In this document: positions 32,789 to 41,466 of the stretch, piece by piece
Layout: each line of letters opens with the position of its first letter
How positions within the stretch are numbered: position 1 is the stretch's first letter
Program-made: the position numbers and the translations under genes
DNA from: Actinomycetales bacterium UBA1416
GTDB taxonomy: Bacteria > Actinomycetota > Actinomycetes > Actinomycetales > Actinomycetaceae
NCBI GenBank assembly: GCA_002304945.1
Contig: DBPQ01000106.1
Location: 19,270-83,269, forward strand
Length of the DNA stretch: 64,000 bases
Reading direction: 5' to 3'
The notes under the pieces: model-generated
What the model was told of the DNA's origin: nothing
The model's input: the letters and a program-made list of their open reading frames with translations, nothing else
Database searches by the model: none

Positions 32789-34195
32789 GTGCCCCAACGC
32801 CTCCGCGCCGCACTCCACCGGCTGTGGCTGGTCGCGTGGATCAGGCGCCACGACCGCAGCGCGGGGCACCACGCCATCGACAAGCGGCGGCCCATCCAGA
32901 TCGTCGTGCTCAGCTTCATCGGCGCCATCGCCATCGGGACCGGTCTGCTGCTGCTGCCGGCGGCGTCCACCACGGCGACGAGCCCGCTCGAGGCGGTGTT
33001 CACGGCGGTGTCCGCGATCTGCGTGACCGGTCTCATCGTCGTGGACACCCCCACTCACTGGACGGGACTTGGACAGGTGGTCATCCTGGTGCTCATCCAG
33101 CTGGGCGGCTTCGGGGTCATGACGATGGCCACCATGGTCAGCCTGGTGCTCTCCCGGCAGATGGGTCTCGAGACCAGGTACGTCGCCGCAGTCTCCACGC
33201 GCACCGTGCGGCTCGGCGACGTCGGGAAGGTGCTGCGCGGCGTGGCCCGCACCACGGTGGCGGTGGAACTGGCCACGGCGCTCGTCCTGGCGCTGCGTTG
33301 GTGGATCTCGTACGGGGAGGCTCCCGGCCGGGCACTGTGGCTGGGGGTGTTCCACTCGATCTCGGCCTTCAACAACGCCGGCTTCGCCCTGTTCAGCGAC
33401 AGCCTGGTCGGGTACGAGTCCGACCCCTGGATCATCCTGCCGATCTCTGCGGCGCTGATCATCGGCGGGCTCGGCTTCCCGGTGCTTCTCGAGATCATGC
33501 GGCACCACCGGTGGCCGCACCGCTGGAGCCTCCAGGCCCGCGCCACCGCCGGCATGTCACTCGGCCTGGTGCTCACCGGCTGGCTGTTCGTCCTCGCCGC
33601 GGAATGGGGCAACCCCGGGACCCTCGGGCCGTTGAGCGTCCCCGGCAAGGTCCTTGGCGCCTTCTTCCAGGGGGTTGTGCCCCGCACGGCGGGCTTCAAC
33701 AGCGTGGACATCGCCGAGATGAACACGGGGACGTGGTTCGGCCTGGACATCCTCATGTTCATCGGGGGCGGCAGCGCCGGCACCGCGGGCGGCATCAAGG
33801 TCACCACCGTGGCGGTGCTCGGCTACGCCATCTGGTCGGAGTTGCGGGGGGAGAAGGACGTACGCGCCGACCGGTGGCGGCTCTCCCCGAAAGCGGTCCG
33901 TGAGGCTCTCACGGTGGCGGCACTCAGTGCGGTCCTCGTCGTCCTCTCCACGGGTCTCATGACCTACCACGAGCCGTTCTCGCTCGACGAGATCCTCTTC
34001 GAGGTGGTCTCCGCGTTCGGAACGGTCGGGCTCTCCACGGCCATCACCGCGGACCTGTCCGCCTTCCACCAGGTCCTGCTCATGGCCCTCATGTTCGTGG
34101 GCCGGCTCGGCCCCATCACCCTGGGCTCGTCCCTCGCGCTCCGCAGCCGGGGAAGGGACTACCGCAACCCCGAGACCACGATGATCATCGGCTGA
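32789..34195 (+). CDS. trkH: TrkH/KtrB-family K+ uptake membrane subunit
   Basis: In-frame GTG 32789 of ORF 30869..34195. Four pore-loop-like repeats (ICVTGL, AFNNAGF, PRTAGF, FGTVGLS). The first 640 codons of the listed ORF are antisense junk. Confidence 0.85.
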   Translation: MPQRLRAALHRLWLVAWIRRHDRSAGHHAIDKRRPIQIVVLSFIGAIAIGTGLLLLPAASTTATSPLEAVFTAVSAICVTGLIVVDTPTHWTGLGQVVILVLIQLGGFGVMTMATMVSLVLSRQMGLETRYVAAVSTRTVRLGDVGKVLRGVARTTVAVELATALVLALRWWISYGEAPGRALWLGVFHSISAFNNAGFALFSDSLVGYESDPWIILPISAALIIGGLGFPVLLEIMRHHRWPHRWSLQARATAGMSLGLVLTGWLFVLAAEWGNPGTLGPLSVPGKVLGAFFQGVVPRTAGFNSVDIAEMNTGTWFGLDILMFIGGGSAGTAGGIKVTTVAVLGYAIWSELRGEKDVRADRWRLSPKAVREALTVAALSAVLVVLSTGLMTYHEPFSLDEILFEVVSAFGTVGLSTAITADLSAFHQVLLMALMFVGRLGPITLGSSLALRSRGRDYRNPETTMIIG

Positions 34196-34201
34196 CTGTC
34201 C

Positions 34202-34861
34202 TCACAGCCCCTGGGCGCCCTTCAGCACCAGCATCACGCCGAGCGCGACGAGGACGACGGCGACCACCGCGTCGTTGTGGGCCTCGAGCCAACGCCGCGC
34301 CGCGTCCAGCGGACGTTCGACTCGCCGTCCGAACATGAGCCGAGCGAGGACCGGGAGCGCCACGGCGAGCGCGGCGACCGCGGAGAACGCCAGGGTGGCC
34401 AGGGCGGCCCGTGCCGGGCCGAGTTCGGCCGCACCGATCGCGACGCCGCCGGCCAGCACGAGGAGGAGGACTTTCGGGTTGGCGACGGCGAGCAGCAGTC
34501 CCAGCCTGGCCGACCTCCTCGGGGTGTAGTCGCCGAGGGCCGCCATCCACGCGGGGGACTCCGCCTTCGTGCCTCCTCCCATGAGCCACTTGCGGGCGCC
34601 GAGGCCGATGAGGACGAACCCGAGCACGAGCCGGGTCCACGACGCCCACGTCGGCACCTCGTCCCATAGTTCGACGGCACTCGCGGCCGCCGTGAAGACC
34701 GCCGCCAGCACCAGGAGCCCGCCGGACCAGCCGGCGAGGAAGCCGCCACCGTTCGCGAGGGGACGGCCCGTCAGGAGCAACAGAACGACGGGCACGAGTG
34801 GGAACGGCGACAGCGCGAGAGCGACCGCAACCGGCAGGAGTTCACGCGCGAGGTCGCCCAC
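34202..34861 (-). CDS. GAP/Sap-like (DUF2910-type) 6-TM membrane protein
   Basis: GTG 34861 inside ORF 34202..36934 (VGDLARELLPVAVALALSPFPLVPVVLLLLTGRP...). Confidence 0.7.
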   Translation of the reverse strand: MGDLARELLPVAVALALSPFPLVPVVLLLLTGRPLANGGGFLAGWSGGLLVLAAVFTAAASAVELWDEVPTWASWTRLVLGFVLIGLGARKWLMGGGTKAESPAWMAALGDYTPRRSARLGLLLAVANPKVLLLVLAGGVAIGAAELGPARAALATLAFSAVAALAVALPVLARLMFGRRVERPLDAARRWLEAHNDAVVAVVLVALGVMLVLKGAQGL

Positions 34862-34872
34862 CTCCGAGGTTC

Positions 34873-36075
34873 CTAGGTTCCGATGCCGGCAGCGATGATG
34901 CTCGTCACCACGACGGAGGTGATCGTGACGGTGGAGAAGCCCGCGATGATCATCTTGGGCAGGATGTTCCCCTCGATCGCCGCCACCTCCTCCGGTGTCT
35001 CGCCCGCACCCCTCGCGGCCTCCTGGCTCAGGATCATGGTGCCGGGGAACCCGTAGAGGGAGGTGAGGCCGATCGCGATCGAGATCGGGAGGCTGTAGCC
35101 GAGCAGTTTTCCGACCACGCCCGCGAACAGCGCGATGCCCGCGATGCCGAACAGGAAGACGAGGAGCAGTGGGAAGGCGAGCGCGGCGACCTCGTCCGGC
35201 TGCACGGCCGCGAGCGGCCCGAACTGGAGGATCATGACCGCGACCATGATGACCCCGAACGAGTCGATCCCGGAGAGCACCGCGGGCTTGAAAACTCCGG
35301 TGGCACGCAGGACGATGCCGAGGATGAGGGCGACGACGAAGGTGTTGAGGGTGCCGTCGGTGAGGTTGTTGATCCCGGTCGCGACCAGCACCGCGAGCCC
35401 GACGACGAACAGGGTTCCCGCGGTCGTGTGGAACGCCGCGGGCAGCTTCGAGGCGGCAACGGTACCGGCCTCCGCGGTGACCGGAGCGGCGAGCCGTCCC
35501 GCCCGGTACTCGCCCTTCAGCCGCTGCGCCTCCTTCTTGAGGATGATCGAGGTGATCGGGAACCCGACGAGGCCCTGCAGCGCCGCGATGAGCACCGGGA
35601 ACACCGCGACTGCGGTCAGCCCGAAGCCCAGGGCTGCCTCCTGGATGATGATGACGGAGATCGTGCCACCGCTGAGCGACCCCGTGCCCGCGATGACGAA
35701 GTCGAGCGCACTGGCGACCCCCTCGTACCCGCCCGGGGCACGCGCCCCGAAGATGAGCGCGGCGAGGAGCAGGAAGAGCCCGATGCCGATCACGGTCGAG
35801 ACGCCGATGACGAACGTCTTCCACTGCTTCTTGAACTCGTCGATGCTGATGAGTGTGCCCAGGTGCACGATGACGAGCCCCACCACCACGCCCGCGAACG
35901 CCAGCAGGGACGAACTGGTGAGCAGGTCCTCCGGGAAGACTCCGGTGAGGAAGCCGATCAGGAAGATGATCGAGGCTACGAAGAGGGAGGACAACAGCGA
36001 CTGCGTCTTCTTGGCGACGAAGTCGCTGACGGTCCACACCGCCATCACGATGACGAAGGCGAGCAACGGGTTCAT
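34873..36075 (-). CDS. polytopic membrane protein, transporter-like, family not recognised
   Basis: ORF 34873..36075, 400 aa, about 11-12 hydrophobic spans. Lies between pepA and the GAP-like gene on the same strand. Confidence 0.8.
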   Translation of the reverse strand: MNPLLAFVIVMAVWTVSDFVAKKTQSLLSSLFVASIIFLIGFLTGVFPEDLLTSSSLLAFAGVVVGLVIVHLGTLISIDEFKKQWKTFVIGVSTVIGIGLFLLLAALIFGARAPGGYEGVASALDFVIAGTGSLSGGTISVIIIQEAALGFGLTAVAVFPVLIAALQGLVGFPITSIILKKEAQRLKGEYRAGRLAAPVTAEAGTVAASKLPAAFHTTAGTLFVVGLAVLVATGINNLTDGTLNTFVVALILGIVLRATGVFKPAVLSGIDSFGVIMVAVMILQFGPLAAVQPDEVAALAFPLLLVFLFGIAGIALFAGVVGKLLGYSLPISIAIGLTSLYGFPGTMILSQEAARGAGETPEEVAAIEGNILPKMIIAGFSTVTITSVVVTSIIAAGIGT

Positions 36076-36099
36076 GGTGGTCTCCTCGGGGAGGCGAGG

Positions 36100-37608
36100 T
36101 CAGTTGGGGACGGTGAAGGTGCGGGCGAGCTCGACCAGAAGCCGCGCGCCGAACCCGGTGGCGCCGGCGGATCGCCAAGAGTCGTCCGCGTTGGAGTGCA
36201 TCGTGCCGGCGACGTCGAGGTGGCCCCACGGCGTCTCGCCCACGAACTCCGAGAGGAAGAGGGCGGCCGTGATCGATCCGGCGTTCGGCCCACCCAGGTT
36301 CGAGATGTCCGCGATGTCCGAATCGAGCAGCTTCCGGTAGCGCCTCTCGAGCGGGAGCTCCCACACCGATTCGCCGGTGGTTGCCGCCGCCGCCTCGATC
36401 TGCGCCACCACTCCCGGGTTGTTGCCCATCAGGGGCGCCACCAGGGGTCCGAGCGCCACGAGGGTGGCCCCCGTCAACGTGGCGATGTCCACGATCGCGT
36501 CGGGCTGCTCCTCGGTGGCGAGCACCAGTGCGTCGGCCATCACGAGCCGGCCCTCGGCGTCGGTGTTCTTCACCTCGACGGTCTTCCCGCCGCGGATGTA
36601 CAGCACGTCCCCGAGCACGTAGGCATCGCCCGAGGGGACGTTGTCGGTGCACGCGAGGAAGGCAGTGACGCGGGTGGTGACCCCGAGGTCGCGCAGCGCG
36701 GTGAACGCGCCGAGGATCGACGCCGTGCCCCCCATGTCCGTCTTCATCAGGAGGTGCATCGGATCCGAGGGCTTCAGGCTGATCCCGCCGGAGTCGTACA
36801 TGATGCCCTTGCCGACGAGTGCGAGGTGGCCCGTGGGCTCTCCGTTCGGGGAGTACGTGAGCCTGATCATGCGGGGTTCCTCGGAGCTGCCCCGGTTCAC
36901 CCCGAGGAGCCCGCCGAAGCCCGCGGCAATGCACTGCCCGAGGTCCTGGGCCTCGACCTCGAAGCCGTGCCGCTGGCCGAGTTCGAACGCGACCTCGGCC
37001 ATGTCCGTCGCCGTCAGGTGCGCGGCAGGGGTGTTGGTGAGGTCTCGGGCCACCAGCGCGGCACGGGCGGTGACGGCGCCCGTCACAGCACCGGCGGCGA
37101 GCGCCTCGGTGTCGGGGCCGGAGAGCAGCAGCTCGGTCAGCTGGGTGTCCTTCGGATTCGAGCGCAACGCGTTGTAGCGGTACCGGGCGAGCAGGACGCC
37201 CTCCACCACGGCCTGGGCAGCGGTGGCGGGGTCCACCCCGGCGAGCGGGGTGAGATCGAGTCCGATCGCCGCGCTGCGGGGGGCGGTGGCCCGCGCGAAC
37301 GCGGCGGCGAGGTCGCGGAGGTCGTCCGGCGTCAGGTCGGAGGCCTGGCCGGAACCGACGGCGACGAGTTCGGGACCCTCGTCACGGGGGAGGACGAGCG
37401 CCGTGCCGATCCTCCCCTCGAAGCCCGCCGCGGCGAGGCCCGCACGGGAGATCCCGAGGGCCGCGGGGACCTCGCCGTCGGCCGGGACGAGGTGGCCGAC
37501 CGCGTCGACCCCGTCGAACGTGGACGCCACGCGGACCACGGCGGGTGCCAGCTGGGAGGGCACCGGGGAGAAGGAATCGGGGATGAGCTTGTTCGGGCGG
37601 CGCGGCAC
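36100..37608 (-). CDS. pepA: leucyl aminopeptidase (M17)
   Basis: ORF 36100..37608. VGKGIMYDSGGISLKP and NTDAEGRLVMADAL signatures. Confidence 0.95.
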   Translation of the reverse strand: MPRRPNKLIPDSFSPVPSQLAPAVVRVASTFDGVDAVGHLVPADGEVPAALGISRAGLAAAGFEGRIGTALVLPRDEGPELVAVGSGQASDLTPDDLRDLAAAFARATAPRSAAIGLDLTPLAGVDPATAAQAVVEGVLLARYRYNALRSNPKDTQLTELLLSGPDTEALAAGAVTGAVTARAALVARDLTNTPAAHLTATDMAEVAFELGQRHGFEVEAQDLGQCIAAGFGGLLGVNRGSSEEPRMIRLTYSPNGEPTGHLALVGKGIMYDSGGISLKPSDPMHLLMKTDMGGTASILGAFTALRDLGVTTRVTAFLACTDNVPSGDAYVLGDVLYIRGGKTVEVKNTDAEGRLVMADALVLATEEQPDAIVDIATLTGATLVALGPLVAPLMGNNPGVVAQIEAAAATTGESVWELPLERRYRKLLDSDIADISNLGGPNAGSITAALFLSEFVGETPWGHLDVAGTMHSNADDSWRSAGATGFGARLLVELARTFTVPN

Positions 37609-37611
37609 GGA

Positions 37612-38160
37612 TCAGCCCTTCTTCTCGGGGCGGAGCCGGCCCACCATGATCATGGTGAGCCCCTCGAGGAGGGTCTGGATTCCCACGAGGGTCCCCAGGA
37701 GGGTGAGGGTCGCCGTCGCGATGTTGAGGAGGACCCAGAGACCGAGCCCGATGGAGATCAGGCCGGAGAACACGAGTAGCCAGCGGGACGTGGTGCCCTG
37801 GAAGGCCATGATCACCCTGGTGAGCCCCGACGCGAAGAACAGGGCCCCTGCCATCAGGGTGAGGCTCAGAGCGCCGATCAGCGGGTTGCGCAGCATGAAC
37901 AGCCCCAGCACCACCAGCAGCGCACCACCGAGGGCCGCGGACCAGAAGCCCCCCGCCCGAATGCGGACGAGTGCCCCGACGACGAGGACGATCCCGGAGA
38001 TCAACGTCGTCCAGCCGAGGAAGAGGACGGACACCGCGGTCGCGAGGACCACGTTGCCGAGCAGGACGAACCCGGCAAGGACGATCAGGAGTCCGAGCAC
38101 GATGTCCCAGGGGGTTCGCCGGACGACGAGCGCTCCGGACGCTGTGTCTGTGGTGGTCAC
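37612..38160 (-). CDS. HdeD-family (DUF308) membrane protein
   Basis: ORF 37612..38160 with a GTG start. Six short Gly-rich TM spans. The stop lies 3 nt before the pepA start. Confidence 0.8.
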   Translation of the reverse strand: MTTTDTASGALVVRRTPWDIVLGLLIVLAGFVLLGNVVLATAVSVLFLGWTTLISGIVLVVGALVRIRAGGFWSAALGGALLVVLGLFMLRNPLIGALSLTLMAGALFFASGLTRVIMAFQGTTSRWLLVFSGLISIGLGLWVLLNIATATLTLLGTLVGIQTLLEGLTMIMVGRLRPEKKG

Positions 38161-38231
38161 TGAATCTCCTCGTTGGTGGGCAGGTCGGGGCGTTCCCCGG
38201 TGCGATCGTGCCGCGCACCCACGCGGCGCAC

Positions 38232-38250
38232 ATCACCCGTTGCGGGTGTC
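38232..38250. promoter_or_regulatory. palindrome core ATCACCCG ttg CGGGTGTC (copy B)
   Basis: 6-3-6 perfect inverted repeat CACCCG/CGGGTG. 14 of 19 positions are identical to 44993..45011. It lies 72 nt from the hdeD-like start (minus) and 52 nt from ATG 38302 (plus). Confidence 0.55.
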
Positions 38251-38301
38251 CCGGATCTCCACCGGTGCCCCGTAGCGTGGGAGGACCGAAAGGAGCACAC
38301 C

Positions 38302-38697
38302 ATGATCCGCTTCCTCGCCTCCGTGGCCCTTCACCTCCTCGCGAATGCGGCCGGACTGCTCATCGCCTCGCTCGTCCTGCCCGGATTCCACATCGAGGTC
38401 CTCGGGTTCGTGGTGAGCGTCCTGCTGTTCACGGCCGTCGAGGTGCTGCTCGGCCCGTTCGTCCTCAAGATGGCCGTCCAGTACGCCCCCGCCCTGCGCG
38501 GTGGGATCGCGCTCGTGACCACGTTCCTCGGCCTGCTGGTCACCACCTGGCTCACCGATGGGCTGCGGATCGAGGGAATCACCACGTGGGTGCTCGCACC
38601 GCTCATCGTCTGGCTGTGCGTGCTCCTCGCGGCGATCCTGCTCCCGATGGTGCTCTTCAAGAACGTGCTGGCCGAGGCGCGCGACCGCCGGGCCTGA
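38302..38697 (+). CDS. DUF360 / phage-holin-4_2-family 4-TM membrane protein
   Basis: In-frame ATG 38302 of ORF 38173..38697, with AAAGGAG 7 nt upstream (MIRFLASVALHLLANAAGLLIASLVLPGF...). Confidence 0.8.
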   Translation: MIRFLASVALHLLANAAGLLIASLVLPGFHIEVLGFVVSVLLFTAVEVLLGPFVLKMAVQYAPALRGGIALVTTFLGLLVTTWLTDGLRIEGITTWVLAPLIVWLCVLLAAILLPMVLFKNVLAEARDRRA

Positions 38698-38701
38698 CCC
38701 G

Positions 38702-40459
38702 TCACCAGTCGGCGAGTGCCCGGAGCGTGTCCGCGAGTCGGTCGGCGACGCCGGCCTCGCCGTCGACCGCGCTCCGTTCATGCAGCGCCGAACGCGGGTC
38801 TCCGGTGATCAGCCCGTCGACACCGTCACGGATGAAGACGCGCATGCGCACGGGATCCGTGACCGTCCACAGGTACACCGCGACCCCGGCGGCGTGGGCC
38901 TGACGCAGCACGGCGGGGGAGTACGACGTCTGCTCCATCGTCACGAAGTCTGCGACCCCCGGGTCCAGGCGACCCCGGGAGAAGGCCACCACCCACCCGG
39001 TGGTGACCTCCGGGAAGCGTGACTCGATCTCGGTGACCGTCTCCCTGTCGAAGGCCTGGACGAGGGAGCCCTCGACCAGGTCATGCTGCTCGAGGACGGC
39101 GACGACGTCACCCACCAGGTCGCCGTGCTCGCGCCCGTGGGACTTCAGCTCCACGAGCAGCGGCACCCCCAGCTCGGCCGCCCGCGCGGCGAACGCCTCG
39201 AAGGTCGGGATCGTTCCGACGTGGTCCCCCTGCCGCACCGTCGTCGCCGTCAGTTCGGCGGTGGTCATGGCCGCCACCTCGCGATTCACCCCGGCGATTC
39301 GCCGCAGGTTGGTGTCGTGCACGACGACGAGCCCGCCGTCGGCGGCCTGCAGCACGTCGAGTTCGACGACGTCCGCTCCGAGGGTGGCCGCCGCCTCGAG
39401 TGACTCGAGGGTGTTCTCCACGGCACCATAGGTGTCGCCCCGGTGGGCGACCACCGCCGTCGTGCGGCCGGATCCCGCTGCGAGGAGAGCCGTCGCGTTC
39501 ACCGCGCCCCCCGCGAGGAGCAGCACGAGGGCGCCGGCCGCGAGTCGCCGCCCCGCGGGCGCGGTCGGTGCTGGGCCCGGACCGGCGATGGCGCCCGACA
39601 GGGCGAGGAGCACCACGCTCACGAAGCCGGCCAGGAGGCCACCACCGACGACGAGCAGGGCCTGCGCGGCGGCCAGGGCGCTGACTGCGACGACCGGGGC
39701 GGCGGACGGCCAGACCGCGTCCATCACTCGAGCGAGGCCCACCGTCACCAGCATCAGGCCACCGGTCACGACGGCGGCGCCGAGCCACAGCGCCGCCGCC
39801 AGGGCCGCGAGGCCGGCGACGCGACGGCGGCTGAGCCGCCAACTGGCGGAGAATGCCGCCGCCGGAGGCGTGCCGGTGGTGAGCAGCACGGGCACGAACG
39901 CGAGCCGCAGGTTGACCAGCAGCACGGCGGCGTACCCGACCAGCCACACCGAGGTGCCCAGCGGCGTCTTCTGCAGCTCCCCGGCGATGAACGGCGGGAG
40001 CTCGATCCCCCTGGCGAGCGAGGTGCCCAGCTGGAGGCCGCCGAGGGGCACGAGCACGAAGACGTACAGGGCCACGAGACCGAGGTGCGGCCCCACCAGC
40101 CCTCGGGCCACGGCCAGACCGTCGGCGGCGAGTTCCCGGATCCGGGGGATCCTGCCCTCGAAGAGGGCACGACCGAGGAGAACGAAGGCCGCATGTTGGA
40201 CGAGTGCCGCAGTGGTGGCCACACCGGCGAGGAGCATCAGGAGCAGGACCGCTGGCGGGTGCCGCACGAGCTGGCCGATGCTGGCCTCCGTGAGCGCCGG
40301 GACACCGGCAGTCGCCAGGGCGGCGCGAAGCAGGAGGACGATGACCGGACCGGCGACCAGTCCGGCCAGGACCTGCAGCATGACCGCGGTGCGCAGCCAG
40401 GTGCGCCAGTGGACGCCCACCACGCGCACCGCGGTGACGACGGCGTCGCCCACCGTCAC
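38702..40459 (-). CDS. membrane-anchored glycerophosphodiester phosphodiesterase (GPDPase_memb + GDPD domains)
   Basis: ORF 38702..40459. The GTG start overlaps the DUF389 stop (GTGA). About 7 N-terminal TM spans, then VVAHRGD...ENTLESL...VELDV...HD. Confidence 0.85.
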   Translation of the reverse strand: MTVGDAVVTAVRVVGVHWRTWLRTAVMLQVLAGLVAGPVIVLLLRAALATAGVPALTEASIGQLVRHPPAVLLLMLLAGVATTAALVQHAAFVLLGRALFEGRIPRIRELAADGLAVARGLVGPHLGLVALYVFVLVPLGGLQLGTSLARGIELPPFIAGELQKTPLGTSVWLVGYAAVLLVNLRLAFVPVLLTTGTPPAAAFSASWRLSRRRVAGLAALAAALWLGAAVVTGGLMLVTVGLARVMDAVWPSAAPVVAVSALAAAQALLVVGGGLLAGFVSVVLLALSGAIAGPGPAPTAPAGRRLAAGALVLLLAGGAVNATALLAAGSGRTTAVVAHRGDTYGAVENTLESLEAAATLGADVVELDVLQAADGGLVVVHDTNLRRIAGVNREVAAMTTAELTATTVRQGDHVGTIPTFEAFAARAAELGVPLLVELKSHGREHGDLVGDVVAVLEQHDLVEGSLVQAFDRETVTEIESRFPEVTTGWVVAFSRGRLDPGVADFVTMEQTSYSPAVLRQAHAAGVAVYLWTVTDPVRMRVFIRDGVDGLITGDPRSALHERSAVDGEAGVADRLADTLRALADW

Positions 40460-41466
40460 GGCGCCCCGACCACGCCGACCTCGACCCGCTCACCGACGCC
40501 CGCGTCGACGACGACGTTGATGCCGGCGGGGATGGCACCGTCGAGCGCTTCGAGGAGGGCGGCGGGGTCCGGCAGGTCTTCGGGGACCTCTACACCGAGG
40601 ACCGCGGTGCCGGAGGTGATCGTCACGTCGACCAGCCTCCCACCCGGCGCCGATGCGAGCCACTCCTCCGCGACCTGGGTCACGCGCCGGGTCCAGAGGG
40701 CGACGGCGAGGTTCGCGGCCGTGTTGGACAGCAGTGGCACGAGCACCAGGACGAGGACCGCCGCGACCGCGGAGTTCGCGCGCCTGCGGTTGAAGCCGCG
40801 GGCCAGGGCGGCCTCTCGGGCGTAGCCGTAGGCGGTGAACACCAGCGTGCCCGCCAGCACCAGGGCGACCATGTTCGAGAGGAAGAGGAGGAAGGCCCCG
40901 AGGGCGAGGATCGGTTGGCCGTTCCCGAGGCAGATGCCCACCACCCCCAGGGGCGGAACGAGCGAGATTGCGATGGCGACGCCCGGCAGCACGTCGCTGA
41001 CGTCGCGGCGGGCCAGCCCGACCGCCCCGGCGAGTCCGGTGGCCACGGCCGCCACCATGTCGAGGATCCCGGGAGAGGTGCGGGCGGCCACCTGCGAGTT
41101 GGAGACCGAGCCGATGGTGTCGGGCAGCGGCCACGACGCCAGCGCGCCGAGCGTGATCACCGTGGCCACCCCGGCCAGCACCCAGCCGAGCGATCGGACC
41201 ACCTGGCTCGCGTCGCCGCGCACGATCCCGAGCGCGATCCCCATGATGGGCACGGAGAGGGGCGCGATGATCATGGCCCCGATGACGGTGGCCGTCGAGT
41301 CGCCCAGGACGCCCGCGACCGCGATGACGGCGGACAGCACCAGCATCGTCCAGAAGCCGGACAACGTGGCATGGCGGTCACCGTGGTCGAGGTCGAGCCG
41401 GGCGGTGAGGTCGTCGAGGTCCCGCCGCTGCCCGGCCGGCAGGATCGTCTCCCACCCGCCGGTCAT
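40456..41466 (-). CDS. DUF389 (TIGR00341-type) membrane protein
   Basis: Internal ATG 41466 of ORF 40456..42147 (MTGGWETILPAGQRRDL...). The start overlaps the SLC13 stop (ATGA). Confidence 0.8.
   Translation of the reverse strand: MTGGWETILPAGQRRDLDDLTARLDLDHGDRHATLSGFWTMLVLSAVIAVAGVLGDSTATVIGAMIIAPLSVPIMGIALGIVRGDASQVVRSLGWVLAGVATVITLGALASWPLPDTIGSVSNSQVAARTSPGILDMVAAVATGLAGAVGLARRDVSDVLPGVAIAISLVPPLGVVGICLGNGQPILALGAFLLFLSNMVALVLAGTLVFTAYGYAREAALARGFNRRRANSAVAAVLVLVLVPLLSNTAANLAVALWTRRVTQVAEEWLASAPGGRLVDVTITSGTAVLGVEVPEDLPDPAALLEALDGAIPAGINVVVDAGVGERVEVGVVGAP

Noticed and set aside
34862-36934. Upstream ~690 codons of ORF 34202..36934, and ORF 34798..37779 (993 aa)
   Set aside because: They are out of frame or antisense to the transporter-like gene and pepA. 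Only the last 219 codons (the GAP-like gene) look real.
38302-38697. A phage holin-family gene as a sign of a prophage
   Set aside because: There are no integrase, terminase, capsid, tail or lysin genes nearby. DUF360-type proteins are common chromosomal membrane proteins.
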